Notes under the pieces: generated by a model | Database searches by the model: none | What the model was told of the DNA's origin: nothing | What the model saw: the letters and a program-made list of their open reading frames with translations, nothing else | Position numbers and translations under genes: made by a program | Origin: an uncultured bacterium | GTDB taxonomy: Bacteria > Actinomycetota > Acidimicrobiia > Spongiisociales > UBA5794 | DNA length: 64,000 bases | Assembly (NCBI GenBank): GCA_963801165.1 | Contig: CAWDDT010000005.1 | Location: forward strand, 384,001 to 448,000 | Reading direction: 5' to 3' | In this document: in pieces, positions 28,393 to 36,323 of the stretch | How the letters are laid out: every line of letters begins with the position of its first letter | How positions within the stretch are numbered: position 1 is the stretch's first letter

Positions 28393-29388
28393 TCAGCCGG
28401 TGACCTGCTCCATCCACGCGACCAGCTCGTCGGGAAGGTCGATACCCTCGGCCGCAGAGCGCTCTCTGTTGCCGAGACGGCGGCTGCCGGGAATCCGGGT
28501 GCCCGGCTGGTCGGTGACGGCATCGAGCAGCACCTCGAGCCGCTCCGTATAGCTGCCTCCACTGAGCGGACCGGGATCGAAGCCCAATAGGAACTGCCCT
28601 ACCCGCGGCGGCTCACCTTCGGTCTCGAAGAACGAGGACGCCTCGAAACCAAAGTTGGCGCCTGTCATTGCAGCCGCCATGATCTCGACGGCCAGCACCA
28701 GGGCCGCACCCTTAGCGTCGCCGAGTGGCAGCATCGAGCCGCCGAGCGCGGCCGCAGCGTCGGTGGTTGGCTTGCCGGCGGCGTCCAATGCCCACCCCTC
28801 AGGTATCTCCCGTCCCGTGTCGGCGGCGAGCTTCACCTTGCCCCGGGCTTGTTTCGAGAGTGACAGATCGACAACCACTGGAGGAGCAGCCGTCCGCGGG
28901 AATCCGAATGCCATCGGGTTGGTGCCAAAAAGCGGTCGGAACCCACCCCACGGAGCAATGCCCGCAGGCGAGTTTCCGACCACCATCCCGACAGCGCCCC
29001 TCTCGGCGAGCCGCTCCACGTGGTGACCCGCTACGCCGAAGTGATGCGAGTTGGTGATGGCGATCCCGGCGATGGGCGTCACGGCCAGCATGTCGACCAT
29101 CGTCTCGATCGCCAGATCGAGGGCCGGGAAGGCAAACCCCTCCCGGGCGTCGATGCGGGCCGCCGAAGGGCCCAGTATCTCGAGCTCGGGGACGGCGCTA
29201 CCGGCGACCTTGCCCGTCGTCACCTGACCGGAGTATGCCCGGAGCCGTGCCAGTCCGTGTGAGTGGAGACCGTCGGCGTCGGCCCGAACCAGCGCCAGGG
29301 CCACCGACCCTGCCGCCGGCTCGGATGTGCCTGCGTTCACCAGCACCCGCCTGGCGAGCTCCACGAGCTGTTCCGCAGTGCGGATCAT
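28393..29388 (-). CDS. comC: Ldh_2 family dehydrogenase, probable (R)-sulfolactate dehydrogenase
   Basis: 'SHGL', 'NSHHFG', 'FGTNPMAF', 'GWALD..G.PTTD', 'KG..L'; adjacent to suyAB. Confidence 0.75.
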   Translation of the reverse strand: MIRTAEQLVELARRVLVNAGTSEPAAGSVALALVRADADGLHSHGLARLRAYSGQVTTGKVAGSAVPELEILGPSAARIDAREGFAFPALDLAIETMVDMLAVTPIAGIAITNSHHFGVAGHHVERLAERGAVGMVVGNSPAGIAPWGGFRPLFGTNPMAFGFPRTAAPPVVVDLSLSKQARGKVKLAADTGREIPEGWALDAAGKPTTDAAAALGGSMLPLGDAKGAALVLAVEIMAAAMTGANFGFEASSFFETEGEPPRVGQFLLGFDPGPLSGGSYTERLEVLLDAVTDQPGTRIPGSRRLGNRERSAAEGIDLPDELVAWMEQVTG

Positions 29389-29397
29389 CGCCGTCTC

Positions 29398-30561
29398 CTA
29401 TGCAGACTGGTACAGCTTGGTGAAGATGAATTCACGATGGCCGAGCGTCTCGGCTGCAGTGTTCCGTCCGTTCGCCGTACGCACGACCATGTCGATCAGC
29501 GCGTCACCGGCCTCATCGAGAGTCATCTCGCCGCTGAGCAGACCAGAGACGTCGAGGTCGACGTGGTCGGCCATGAGCCGGGCGGTACGGGGATTCGCCG
29601 TCACCTTGATCACGGGCATTACCGGGTTGCCGATGATGTTGCCCTGACCCGTGGTGAAGATATGAAGCGCAAACCCGGCCGCAGCCTGAAGCGTGTTGCA
29701 CTCGGCGGCTGCAGACGACGTGTCCATGAAGTACAGCCCCGGCCCCTTGGTCGGGGGCTGGGCCGGTACCAGCACATCGATGTACCTGGTGGCCTTCCCG
29801 ATCTTCTGCAGGTTGCCGAACGCCTTCTCCTCGATCGTGGTCAGACCACCTTCGATGTTGCCTGCGGTCGGCTGGCTCTCCGACAGATCGCTCGTCTTGT
29901 GTTGGTTGATCATGTCGTTGTAGGCGTTCCAGGTATCCAGGAACTTCTGCCGTACCTCGGGAGTGGCCGCCCGTTCGGCGCACACCATCTCGGCGCCGGT
30001 CAGCTCGGAGGTCTCCCCAAAGCAGAGGTATTGGCCCTCAGGCTCGAGTTTGTCCATCAGGTTGCCGACGGTCGGGTTGCTGGCGAGACCGGAGGTCGTG
30101 TCCGACTCACCGCATTTGGCGGCGATCCACAACTCGCTCAGTGGTACCTCTTCGCGCTGAAGCTCGGTCGCGTACTGAACGAACTCCTGCGCCTTGCGGC
30201 CGGCCATTGCCGCGGTCTCGAGATCGCCATGCCGCTCGATGGAAAACCCGGCGACCGGTTTCCCGGTGGCGGCGATGCCGTCGACTACCCGCTGGGTCCA
30301 CTTGGGCTCGATCCCGATGACGATGGCGGCAGCGACGTTCGGGTTGGACCCGGTACCGATGAGCGTGTCGAAGGTCAGTTCGAGGTCGGGGCCGAACTGG
30401 AGACGGCCGTAGGCATGGGGCAGGGCGATGGTACCGACGATGTTGTTGGCGACTTTCTCTGCGCACACGTTCGAGATGTCATCGACCGGGAGAATGATCA
30501 CGTGGTTGCGGATGCCGACGCGGCCGTTCTTGCGCCGGTAGGCGTTGATGGTTCGAGTCAT
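29398..30561 (-). CDS. suyB: (2R)-sulfolactate sulfo-lyase beta subunit (UxaA family)
   Basis: '[21 protein letters not shown]', '[12 protein letters not shown]', '[10 protein letters not shown]', '[14 protein letters not shown]' resemble SuyB. Confidence 0.85.
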   Translation of the reverse strand: MTRTINAYRRKNGRVGIRNHVIILPVDDISNVCAEKVANNIVGTIALPHAYGRLQFGPDLELTFDTLIGTGSNPNVAAAIVIGIEPKWTQRVVDGIAATGKPVAGFSIERHGDLETAAMAGRKAQEFVQYATELQREEVPLSELWIAAKCGESDTTSGLASNPTVGNLMDKLEPEGQYLCFGETSELTGAEMVCAERAATPEVRQKFLDTWNAYNDMINQHKTSDLSESQPTAGNIEGGLTTIEEKAFGNLQKIGKATRYIDVLVPAQPPTKGPGLYFMDTSSAAAECNTLQAAAGFALHIFTTGQGNIIGNPVMPVIKVTANPRTARLMADHVDLDVSGLLSGEMTLDEAGDALIDMVVRTANGRNTAAETLGHREFIFTKLYQSA

Positions 30562-30572
30562 CGTTTCCTCCT

Positions 30573-30857
30573 TCACCACTTCTTGGTCTTGACGTTATGG
30601 ATGTGAACGTGATGGCCGGTGGAAATGTCGTCGGTCACCAACCCGATGTCGTACCCGTACTTGATCAGGGTGTCGCCCCTGGCGAGATCGACGAGCGCGA
30701 TCTTGTGACCGAGCGGGATCGGCTCCTGCGCCTTCATCGACCTGCTCTCGTTTGTGTCCATGACCCAGACGGTCAGGTCCTGGCCCGTCTCGATCCCTTC
30801 AACAACAGCGACTCCGACCGAGTCGGAACTGTCGTGGATGACTATGTCCGGTTTCAT
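30573..30857 (-). CDS. suyA: (2R)-sulfolactate sulfo-lyase alpha subunit (SAF domain)
   Basis: '[13 protein letters not shown]', 'IPLGHKIAL', 'IKYG.DIG', '[12 protein letters not shown]'; GGAGG RBS. Confidence 0.85.
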   Translation of the reverse strand: MKPDIVIHDSSDSVGVAVVEGIETGQDLTVWVMDTNESRSMKAQEPIPLGHKIALVDLARGDTLIKYGYDIGLVTDDISTGHHVHIHNVKTKKW

Positions 30858-30875
30858 TGTTGCTGCACCTCCGGT

Positions 30876-30909
30876 AGGCGGTTTGCCAGGCGGTTTGCCA
30901 GGCGGTTTG
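30876..30909. repeat. 12-bp tandem repeat AGGCGGTTTGCC, about 3 copies, in the suyA leader
   Basis: Read directly. Confidence 0.8.
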
Positions 30910-30918
30910 TTGTGCGTT

Positions 30919-30931
30919 GGTACCGGTTCCA
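30919..30931. promoter_or_regulatory. Putative operator TGGAACCGGTACC (minus strand) upstream of suyA
   Basis: 12 of 13 bases match the palindrome at 36176-36188. Confidence 0.5.
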
Positions 30932-30973
30932 TTGGCACACGCCGCCGACTGTAGCAGGGTGTGCCGAACGTTT

Positions 30974-32053
30974 TCAGGACATGTCCTCGCCGAGGACCTC
31001 CGTCATCATCACAGGGCGACCCTCGTCTATTGACAGGTGGGCCGCCTGCCCGACCGCGACCGCCAGCAGCCCGTCTTCGAGCGTGACAGAAGCCGGCGTC
31101 CCGGTGCGGATCGCGGTGGCGAAGTCGAGATGCTCCAGATAGGACGCACCCTCGTGGAGACCGCGGTAGGCGACGTGATCCTCGGACACGGCGACCTCCC
31201 TGACAGAGCGCTCTGCGCGTCTCCCGACCCGCATCACGGCATCGGGGACGAACGACTCCACCTTGCCGACGTCGCCGGTCACCGCAAGCTCCTGCTCGTT
31301 GCGTGACCCCTCGGCGAACATGCACAGGTCGAGCAGCGCCCTGATGCCGTTCTCGAAGTCGACGATGACAAAGGCGTTGTCGAGCAGATCCGGGGTCTCA
31401 CCGTTGTACCGCTCCTGGAGATGGTTGACGTCCTGGGCACCCGAGCCGTACACCCGGACCGGGCGCGACTCGGCAATGAGGGTCATCAGGTCGAAGAAGT
31501 GGCAACACTTCTCTACGAGAGTCCCGCCGGTGTTGCGGTTGAACCTGTTCCAATCCCCCACTTTGACCAGGAAGGGGAACCGGTGTTCGCGGATGGCGAT
31601 CATCTTGATGTTGCCGACCGCCCCGGCACGCACCTGCTTGATCAGCGCCTGGATCGGCGGCTTGTATCGATACTCGAGCCCCATCCAGATGATGCCCTTG
31701 TGCCCCTCAGCGGCCTTCAGGATGCGCCGGCATTCGGCAACTGTTGTCCCGAGCGGCTTCTCCACCATCACGTGGACGTCGGTGGCGAGGATGTCCTCCA
31801 TGATGTCGGCGTGTGTGTGATTCGGTGATACGAGAACCACCGCATCACACACACCGGCCGCCAGAAGATCCCGATGAGACTCGAAGACCATGTTGTCCGC
31901 GATGTCCGCGGTGTTCTGACCGAACTTGCGCGACCGGGGATCCGGGTCCGAGATCGCCACGACACTGGCCCCATCGATTGCATTGACGTTGTTTATGTGC
32001 TCGAGGCCCATCATCCCCGTGCCAATCACGCCGTAGCGGATCTTGTCCGTCAT
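30974..32053 (-). CDS. sqgA: NAD+-dependent sulfoquinovosidase (GH188-type, Gfo/Idh/MocA fold)
   Basis: 'GLEYRY.PP', 'IREHRFPFLVKVGDWNRFNRNTGGTLVEKCCHFFDLM', 'LDLCMFAEGS', 'H.GASYLEH'; sulfonate-gene context. Confidence 0.8.
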   Translation of the reverse strand: MTDKIRYGVIGTGMMGLEHINNVNAIDGASVVAISDPDPRSRKFGQNTADIADNMVFESHRDLLAAGVCDAVVLVSPNHTHADIMEDILATDVHVMVEKPLGTTVAECRRILKAAEGHKGIIWMGLEYRYKPPIQALIKQVRAGAVGNIKMIAIREHRFPFLVKVGDWNRFNRNTGGTLVEKCCHFFDLMTLIAESRPVRVYGSGAQDVNHLQERYNGETPDLLDNAFVIVDFENGIRALLDLCMFAEGSRNEQELAVTGDVGKVESFVPDAVMRVGRRAERSVREVAVSEDHVAYRGLHEGASYLEHLDFATAIRTGTPASVTLEDGLLAVAVGQAAHLSIDEGRPVMMTEVLGEDMS

Positions 32054-32082
32054 CACTGTCTCCTTGTGCTCGGCCCGAGCAC

Positions 32083-33105
32083 CTAGTCAGGAATGCCGAG
32101 ATACTTGTTGGTCGTCGCCACGGCCTCGGCACCGGTGGCGTGCATTTCCATCGCGGCGCGGACCGCGTCGATCGTCTCGGGGATCGTCACCGACTCCTGT
32201 GGGATGTTGATCCCCCACACGACGTCATCGCCGGAGAGACCCACCATCTCTTCCCACAAGCCGATCTCATACATATCGGCCCGTGGGTACTCCATGTACC
32301 GCGCCCACTGGAACAGCGAGGCGTTCGAGTTGAAGCCGTCGGCGATCCGGACGACCTTGATGCGCGGGTAGGCCTTGAACGCTTCGAGAGCTCGGTCTAC
32401 CGAGATCTTCGCCTTCGGCGTCGCACACAAAGTGATGATGTGTCCGTGGGTGACCGGGGTGTGGATCAAGAGGCCGGTGGCGTCGACACCCTCCATGATG
32501 TTCGACAGGTCGACGGCCTGGTGGTTGGGGATCGGCTCCACCTGGAGCACGTTGGTGAGACCACGGTGCGTATCGCCCGGGTCGGCGACACGGCGGATGA
32601 TCGTGATGAATACCTTCTCGACCCCCACAGCCTTGTGGATGGCGTCGACGGCGCGGATCAAGCCGGTGGTGTTACACGAGGTCAGCTTGAGGTAGTCCTT
32701 ACCGAGACCCTTCTCGTAGTTGACGGTTCCGTGGAAGAACACATCTGCGACAGATCCTGCTTCGCCGCCCTGGAAGACGGCCTTGACGCCCGCGGCGACA
32801 TACTTCTCCTTGTTTTTCGCACCGATCCCGCCGGGGGCGGCGTCGAGCATCACATCGACCTCACCGAGGAGATCGTCGAAGTTCCCCGAGACCGGGATAC
32901 CCGCTGCTTCCAGCGCCTTTTCGGCACCGTCCATCGCGGTGAACAGCTTGTAGGGCATACCGCGCGCCGCGAGCGCACGCACCGGCAGCGTTGGAGCGAC
33001 ATCGGCCACACCGACCAACTCCATGTCCTCTTGCCGGGCAACGCCGGCGGCGAGCCGGTTGCCGATCACTCCATACCCGGCAACGCCGACCTTCACCTTG
33101 CTCAT
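32083..33105 (-). CDS. Archaeal-type (type II) phosphorylating GAPDH homolog
   Basis: 'GYGVIG.R.A', 'FQGGE', catalytic 'SCNTTGL', 'IRR.ADP', 'QES..IPE.IDAVRA'. Confidence 0.9.
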   Translation of the reverse strand: MSKVKVGVAGYGVIGNRLAAGVARQEDMELVGVADVAPTLPVRALAARGMPYKLFTAMDGAEKALEAAGIPVSGNFDDLLGEVDVMLDAAPGGIGAKNKEKYVAAGVKAVFQGGEAGSVADVFFHGTVNYEKGLGKDYLKLTSCNTTGLIRAVDAIHKAVGVEKVFITIIRRVADPGDTHRGLTNVLQVEPIPNHQAVDLSNIMEGVDATGLLIHTPVTHGHIITLCATPKAKISVDRALEAFKAYPRIKVVRIADGFNSNASLFQWARYMEYPRADMYEIGLWEEMVGLSGDDVVWGINIPQESVTIPETIDAVRAAMEMHATGAEAVATTNKYLGIPD

Positions 33106-33118
33106 TGCTGTCTCCTCT

Positions 33119-34531
33119 CTATAGATCGATAACGGGGATACCCCAGCGAGCCGCCAGGGCTTCTAGCTCCTCGCGATAGTCGCCGTACACGATTCCGAAG
33201 TGGTGTTCCAGGCCTTCTCTGGCGATGGTCGCGACGATCTCGGGTGCGGGCACGTCGAACTCGACAACGCCTGCAGTTCCCGAGAATGCAAGCGGTTCTT
33301 CGAGCATCGTACCGCCCCCTATGACCAGCGACTGCATCCCTCCTGCCTGGCTCAGCCGGCAGATCGTCACCCTGCCGGGACGCAGGGCGAACTCATTGAG
33401 CAGGGGCAGCTTCCGGTTCGAGTGAATCGTGCCGACCGCGGAACCGTCGTCAGGCGCCATGTGCATCGGGGCGAGCCCGCAGTGCCACATCACACCCGTC
33501 CTGCCCACGATGTCCATCTCCACCAGATCTGCGACAAAGGCAGGCTCGCCTGCGATGTACTGGAGCAACAGAGCAGTTACGTTTCCATAGACGTCGGCCT
33601 CGCAGGTTCCCGGCGTCCCATCGTCGATGAGCATGCTCTGTGGCGAGCAGGCGGCGCCGCCGAACTCGGTGAAGCACTCAGGCCAGCATCTCGTGGCGAC
33701 ACCGGCCCAGGACCGCTCGTCGATCATCTTCTTCAGCCCGCCGTAGAGGCTCAGCGACCTGCCGAGCGACATCTGGTCGAGGCCGTCGAGATCGCCGAGC
33801 GAGGATTCGGCGCGCCTCCTGGTCGCCGCGATGGTCTCGGCAGGTGTTGCGGCCGCCGCGGCGAACATGTCGGCGAGCTGGCTGCGTTCCACCGTCACCC
33901 CGGTCACCGCGGCAAGCGTCCCCGCGTCGTAGCCGCAGGGGTCGAAGCCGGTTGGCCGATCACCGATGACCCCGATCGTCGTCTCCGCCAGACGGGCGGC
34001 AACACCCGCCGCGGTTGTGGCGGCCGCTGCTGTCGTCTCCCGCGCCGGTCTTCTGCGGCTGGCTTCCTGCGTGATGCCCCGGGAGAGAATCTGCTCGATG
34101 TCGGCAACGGCGCCGGGATCGTCTGCGGCGCGGTGAACGTAGGCGAAGCTGCTCGCCGCCCGCACGAGAGCGAACGCGGCCAGGTTCAACCCGCAGAACG
34201 AGTTGAGCCTCAGCCTCCCTCCGGTCCTGGCCTCGGGGAAAGACCAGATGATGATCGGCGTCTCGAACCTCGCCCCGATTGCCTCGGTCATCGACGAGTC
34301 GGTGAACGAAACCTGGAGCAGCAGCAACGCATCGAGGTCGCCGTCGCTGAATTGCTCTAGTGCCAATTCGGTGCTGGCGGCGTCGAAAAGCAGGTCCGTC
34401 GTCCCGATCAACTCGGCATCGAGACCACCCAGGGTCGCCAGCGCCGCGGCCGCTACCTCTTCTGCGTACGGAACGTCGAACGTGGGGCGGGCAAGCGCCA
34501 GCACGCCGAGTCGTCTCCGGGACCGGGTCAT
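33119..34531 (-). CDS. Sulfoquinovose isomerase (SqvD/SftI-like, fucose-isomerase fold)
   Basis: 'R.TFD', 'W...E...GGRLRLNS', 'RCWPE.F', 'CEADVYG', 'WHCG.AP', 'EHH..IVYGD'; directly downstream of the SF transaldolase. Confidence 0.78.
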   Translation of the reverse strand: MTRSRRRLGVLALARPTFDVPYAEEVAAAALATLGGLDAELIGTTDLLFDAASTELALEQFSDGDLDALLLLQVSFTDSSMTEAIGARFETPIIIWSFPEARTGGRLRLNSFCGLNLAAFALVRAASSFAYVHRAADDPGAVADIEQILSRGITQEASRRRPARETTAAAATTAAGVAARLAETTIGVIGDRPTGFDPCGYDAGTLAAVTGVTVERSQLADMFAAAAATPAETIAATRRRAESSLGDLDGLDQMSLGRSLSLYGGLKKMIDERSWAGVATRCWPECFTEFGGAACSPQSMLIDDGTPGTCEADVYGNVTALLLQYIAGEPAFVADLVEMDIVGRTGVMWHCGLAPMHMAPDDGSAVGTIHSNRKLPLLNEFALRPGRVTICRLSQAGGMQSLVIGGGTMLEEPLAFSGTAGVVEFDVPAPEIVATIAREGLEHHFGIVYGDYREELEALAARWGIPVIDL

Positions 34532-34535
34532 GGCA

Positions 34536-35198
34536 CTACTCGTAGGGGGTCTCGTCCCAGAATGACTGGAACTTGGCGAGACCCACGTCGGTGTAGGGAT
34601 GGGCGAACGCATCCTGGAAGACAGGCATCCCTGCGGTGACGATGTCGGCACCGACCACGGCGGAGTTGACTATCTGCCTGGCGTTGCGGGCTGCCGCAAC
34701 GATAATCTCGGTCTCGAAGCCGTATACGTCGCGGATCGCCGCCACTTCGTCGACGAAGTGGGTGATCTCCTCACCGTTGCTCTCCTTCCAACCGATGAAC
34801 GGGGAGACGAACGCCGCCCCCATCCGCATCGCCTGGAGGGCTTGGGCCGCTGAGAAGACCAGGGTGAGATTCGAACGGATGCCCTGGTCGGCAAGCTCGA
34901 AGACTGCCTTGAACCCGGGCTCGGTTGCGGGCAGCTTGATGACGAAGTTGGGTGACATGGCGGAGAGCTTCTTCCCCTCGGCGACCATCGTCTTCCAATC
35001 ATCGAGGTGAGGGTTGACCTCCACCGAGATCGGCTTGTCGGTGCCGTCGAAGATGGTGGCGATCTCGTTGATCACCTTGAGGAACGGCTTGCCCGACACC
35101 TGGACGTGACGGGGGTTGGTCGTGACGCCGTCGATATTCCACATCTCGAGGGCGTACTCGATGTCATCGGTCTTGGCACTGTCGAGGAAAAACTTCAC
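34536..35198 (-). CDS. 6-deoxy-6-sulfofructose transaldolase (SqvA/SftT-like)
   Basis: 'MKFFLDSA', 'GVTTNPRH' (Arg where housekeeping TalC has NPS/T), 'SVEVNPHL', 'SPFIGWKE' (Trp in place of the usual GR). Confidence 0.85.
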   Translation of the reverse strand: MKFFLDSAKTDDIEYALEMWNIDGVTTNPRHVQVSGKPFLKVINEIATIFDGTDKPISVEVNPHLDDWKTMVAEGKKLSAMSPNFVIKLPATEPGFKAVFELADQGIRSNLTLVFSAAQALQAMRMGAAFVSPFIGWKESNGEEITHFVDEVAAIRDVYGFETEIIVAAARNARQIVNSAVVGADIVTAGMPVFQDAFAHPYTDVGLAKFQSFWDETPYE

Positions 35199-35207
35199 GT
35201 TTTGCTC

Positions 35208-36140
35208 CTAACTTGTCGTGAGAGTCTGTAGAACGTTGGCAACCGTCACCTCGCTGACGCGGGTGTTCGATTCGGCGGTGAGGCCGGCGATATGGGGGGT
35301 GAGGACGATGTTGTCGAGCCCGGCGAACTTCAGGGCGCCCTCCTCGGTCAGCGGCTCCTCCTCGAATACGTCGAGCGCCGCCCCCGCGAGATGACCCCGG
35401 CGGACGGCATCGGCGAGGGCTACATCGTCGACGACCCCACCCCGGGACGTGTTGATGACCACAGCAGCGGGTGCCAGCCACGCCAGTGCGGCGGCATCGA
35501 GGATGTGCCGGGTATCGGCGGTGAGCGGGACGTGAATGCTCACTGCGTCGCGGCCGGTGAGCAACGACTTCACCGTGTCGTATCTCGTGATCCCCTGCCA
35601 GACAGGGTCGTCGGCAGCTAGGAAGGGGTCGTATGCGGAGACCGTCATGCCGAGGGCGGTCGCCCGCTCGGCGACGAGCCGAGCGATTTCGCCGAAGCCG
35701 ACGAGAGCCAGGCTCTTGCCCGCTGTCTCCCTGCCCTGGAGGTCCGCCCGTGGCCATGATCCACTCAGCATCCGCACCTTCGAGGCATACGCACCCCGAA
35801 ACAACATGAGAAGGGCGGCGATGACGTACTCGGCAACGGCGACGGCGTTGGCTCCGGTGGCCGGATGGACAGCTACCCCACGCCGGGCACAAGCGTCCAG
35901 ATCGATGTTGTCGAGACCGACGCCGAGCCGGCCGACGACACGCAAGCGCGGGGCAGCATCAAGCAGCTCCTCGTCGACCCTGGTTCGGTTGCGAACGATG
36001 ATCGCCTCGGCTTCGGCGAGCTCGGATAGCAACCGGGATCGGTCATCTACGAGGCCGGGATCGAAAGAAAGACTGAACTTTCCCTGCAACGGCTCGAGAG
36101 CATCTCGGCTCATGAATTCGGATACGACTATCTGTGACAT
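35208..36140 (-). CDS. slcC: (S)-sulfolactate dehydrogenase-like D-2-hydroxyacid dehydrogenase
   Basis: 'SEFM', 'LVDDR..L', 'IVRNRTRV', 'GRLGVGLDNID', 'PATGAN..AVAEYV', 'WPR', 'TPHIAG.T.ESN.RVS' resemble SlcC. Confidence 0.75.
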   Translation of the reverse strand: MSQIVVSEFMSRDALEPLQGKFSLSFDPGLVDDRSRLLSELAEAEAIIVRNRTRVDEELLDAAPRLRVVGRLGVGLDNIDLDACARRGVAVHPATGANAVAVAEYVIAALLMLFRGAYASKVRMLSGSWPRADLQGRETAGKSLALVGFGEIARLVAERATALGMTVSAYDPFLAADDPVWQGITRYDTVKSLLTGRDAVSIHVPLTADTRHILDAAALAWLAPAAVVINTSRGGVVDDVALADAVRRGHLAGAALDVFEEEPLTEEGALKFAGLDNIVLTPHIAGLTAESNTRVSEVTVANVLQTLTTS

Positions 36141-36175
36141 CGAGAAACCTCACTGATCTCAACTTAGACTACTAC

Positions 36176-36188
36176 TGGAACCGGTTCC
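36176..36188. promoter_or_regulatory. Palindromic operator (T)GGAACCGGTTCC in the divergent slcC/ABC promoter region
   Basis: Perfect 12-bp palindrome at 36177-36188. Confidence 0.6.
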
Positions 36189-36323
36189 GTTTTTCAACCG
36201 GAAATCTACGGCAGCTCTCGTCCTCTGGCAGTACATGGATGGACGTGACTTTGAGACAGCGAGGGTCGTCGTTATTGTTGGAAACGCGTCGGCGCTCGGC
36301 CGGCGCTCAAGGAGGAGGACTCC

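Noticed and set aside
29398-30857. Altronate/galactarate dehydratase (UxaA/GarD) annotation
   Set aside because: The split small/large architecture, the '[10 protein letters not shown]' and '[10 protein letters not shown]' motifs and the flanking comC/slcC-like genes fit SuyAB better.
34536-35198. Housekeeping transaldolase or fructose-6-phosphate aldolase
   Set aside because: TTNPRH and GWKE replace the usual TTNPS/T and GR motifs, and the gene is adjacent to an SQ-isomerase-like gene.
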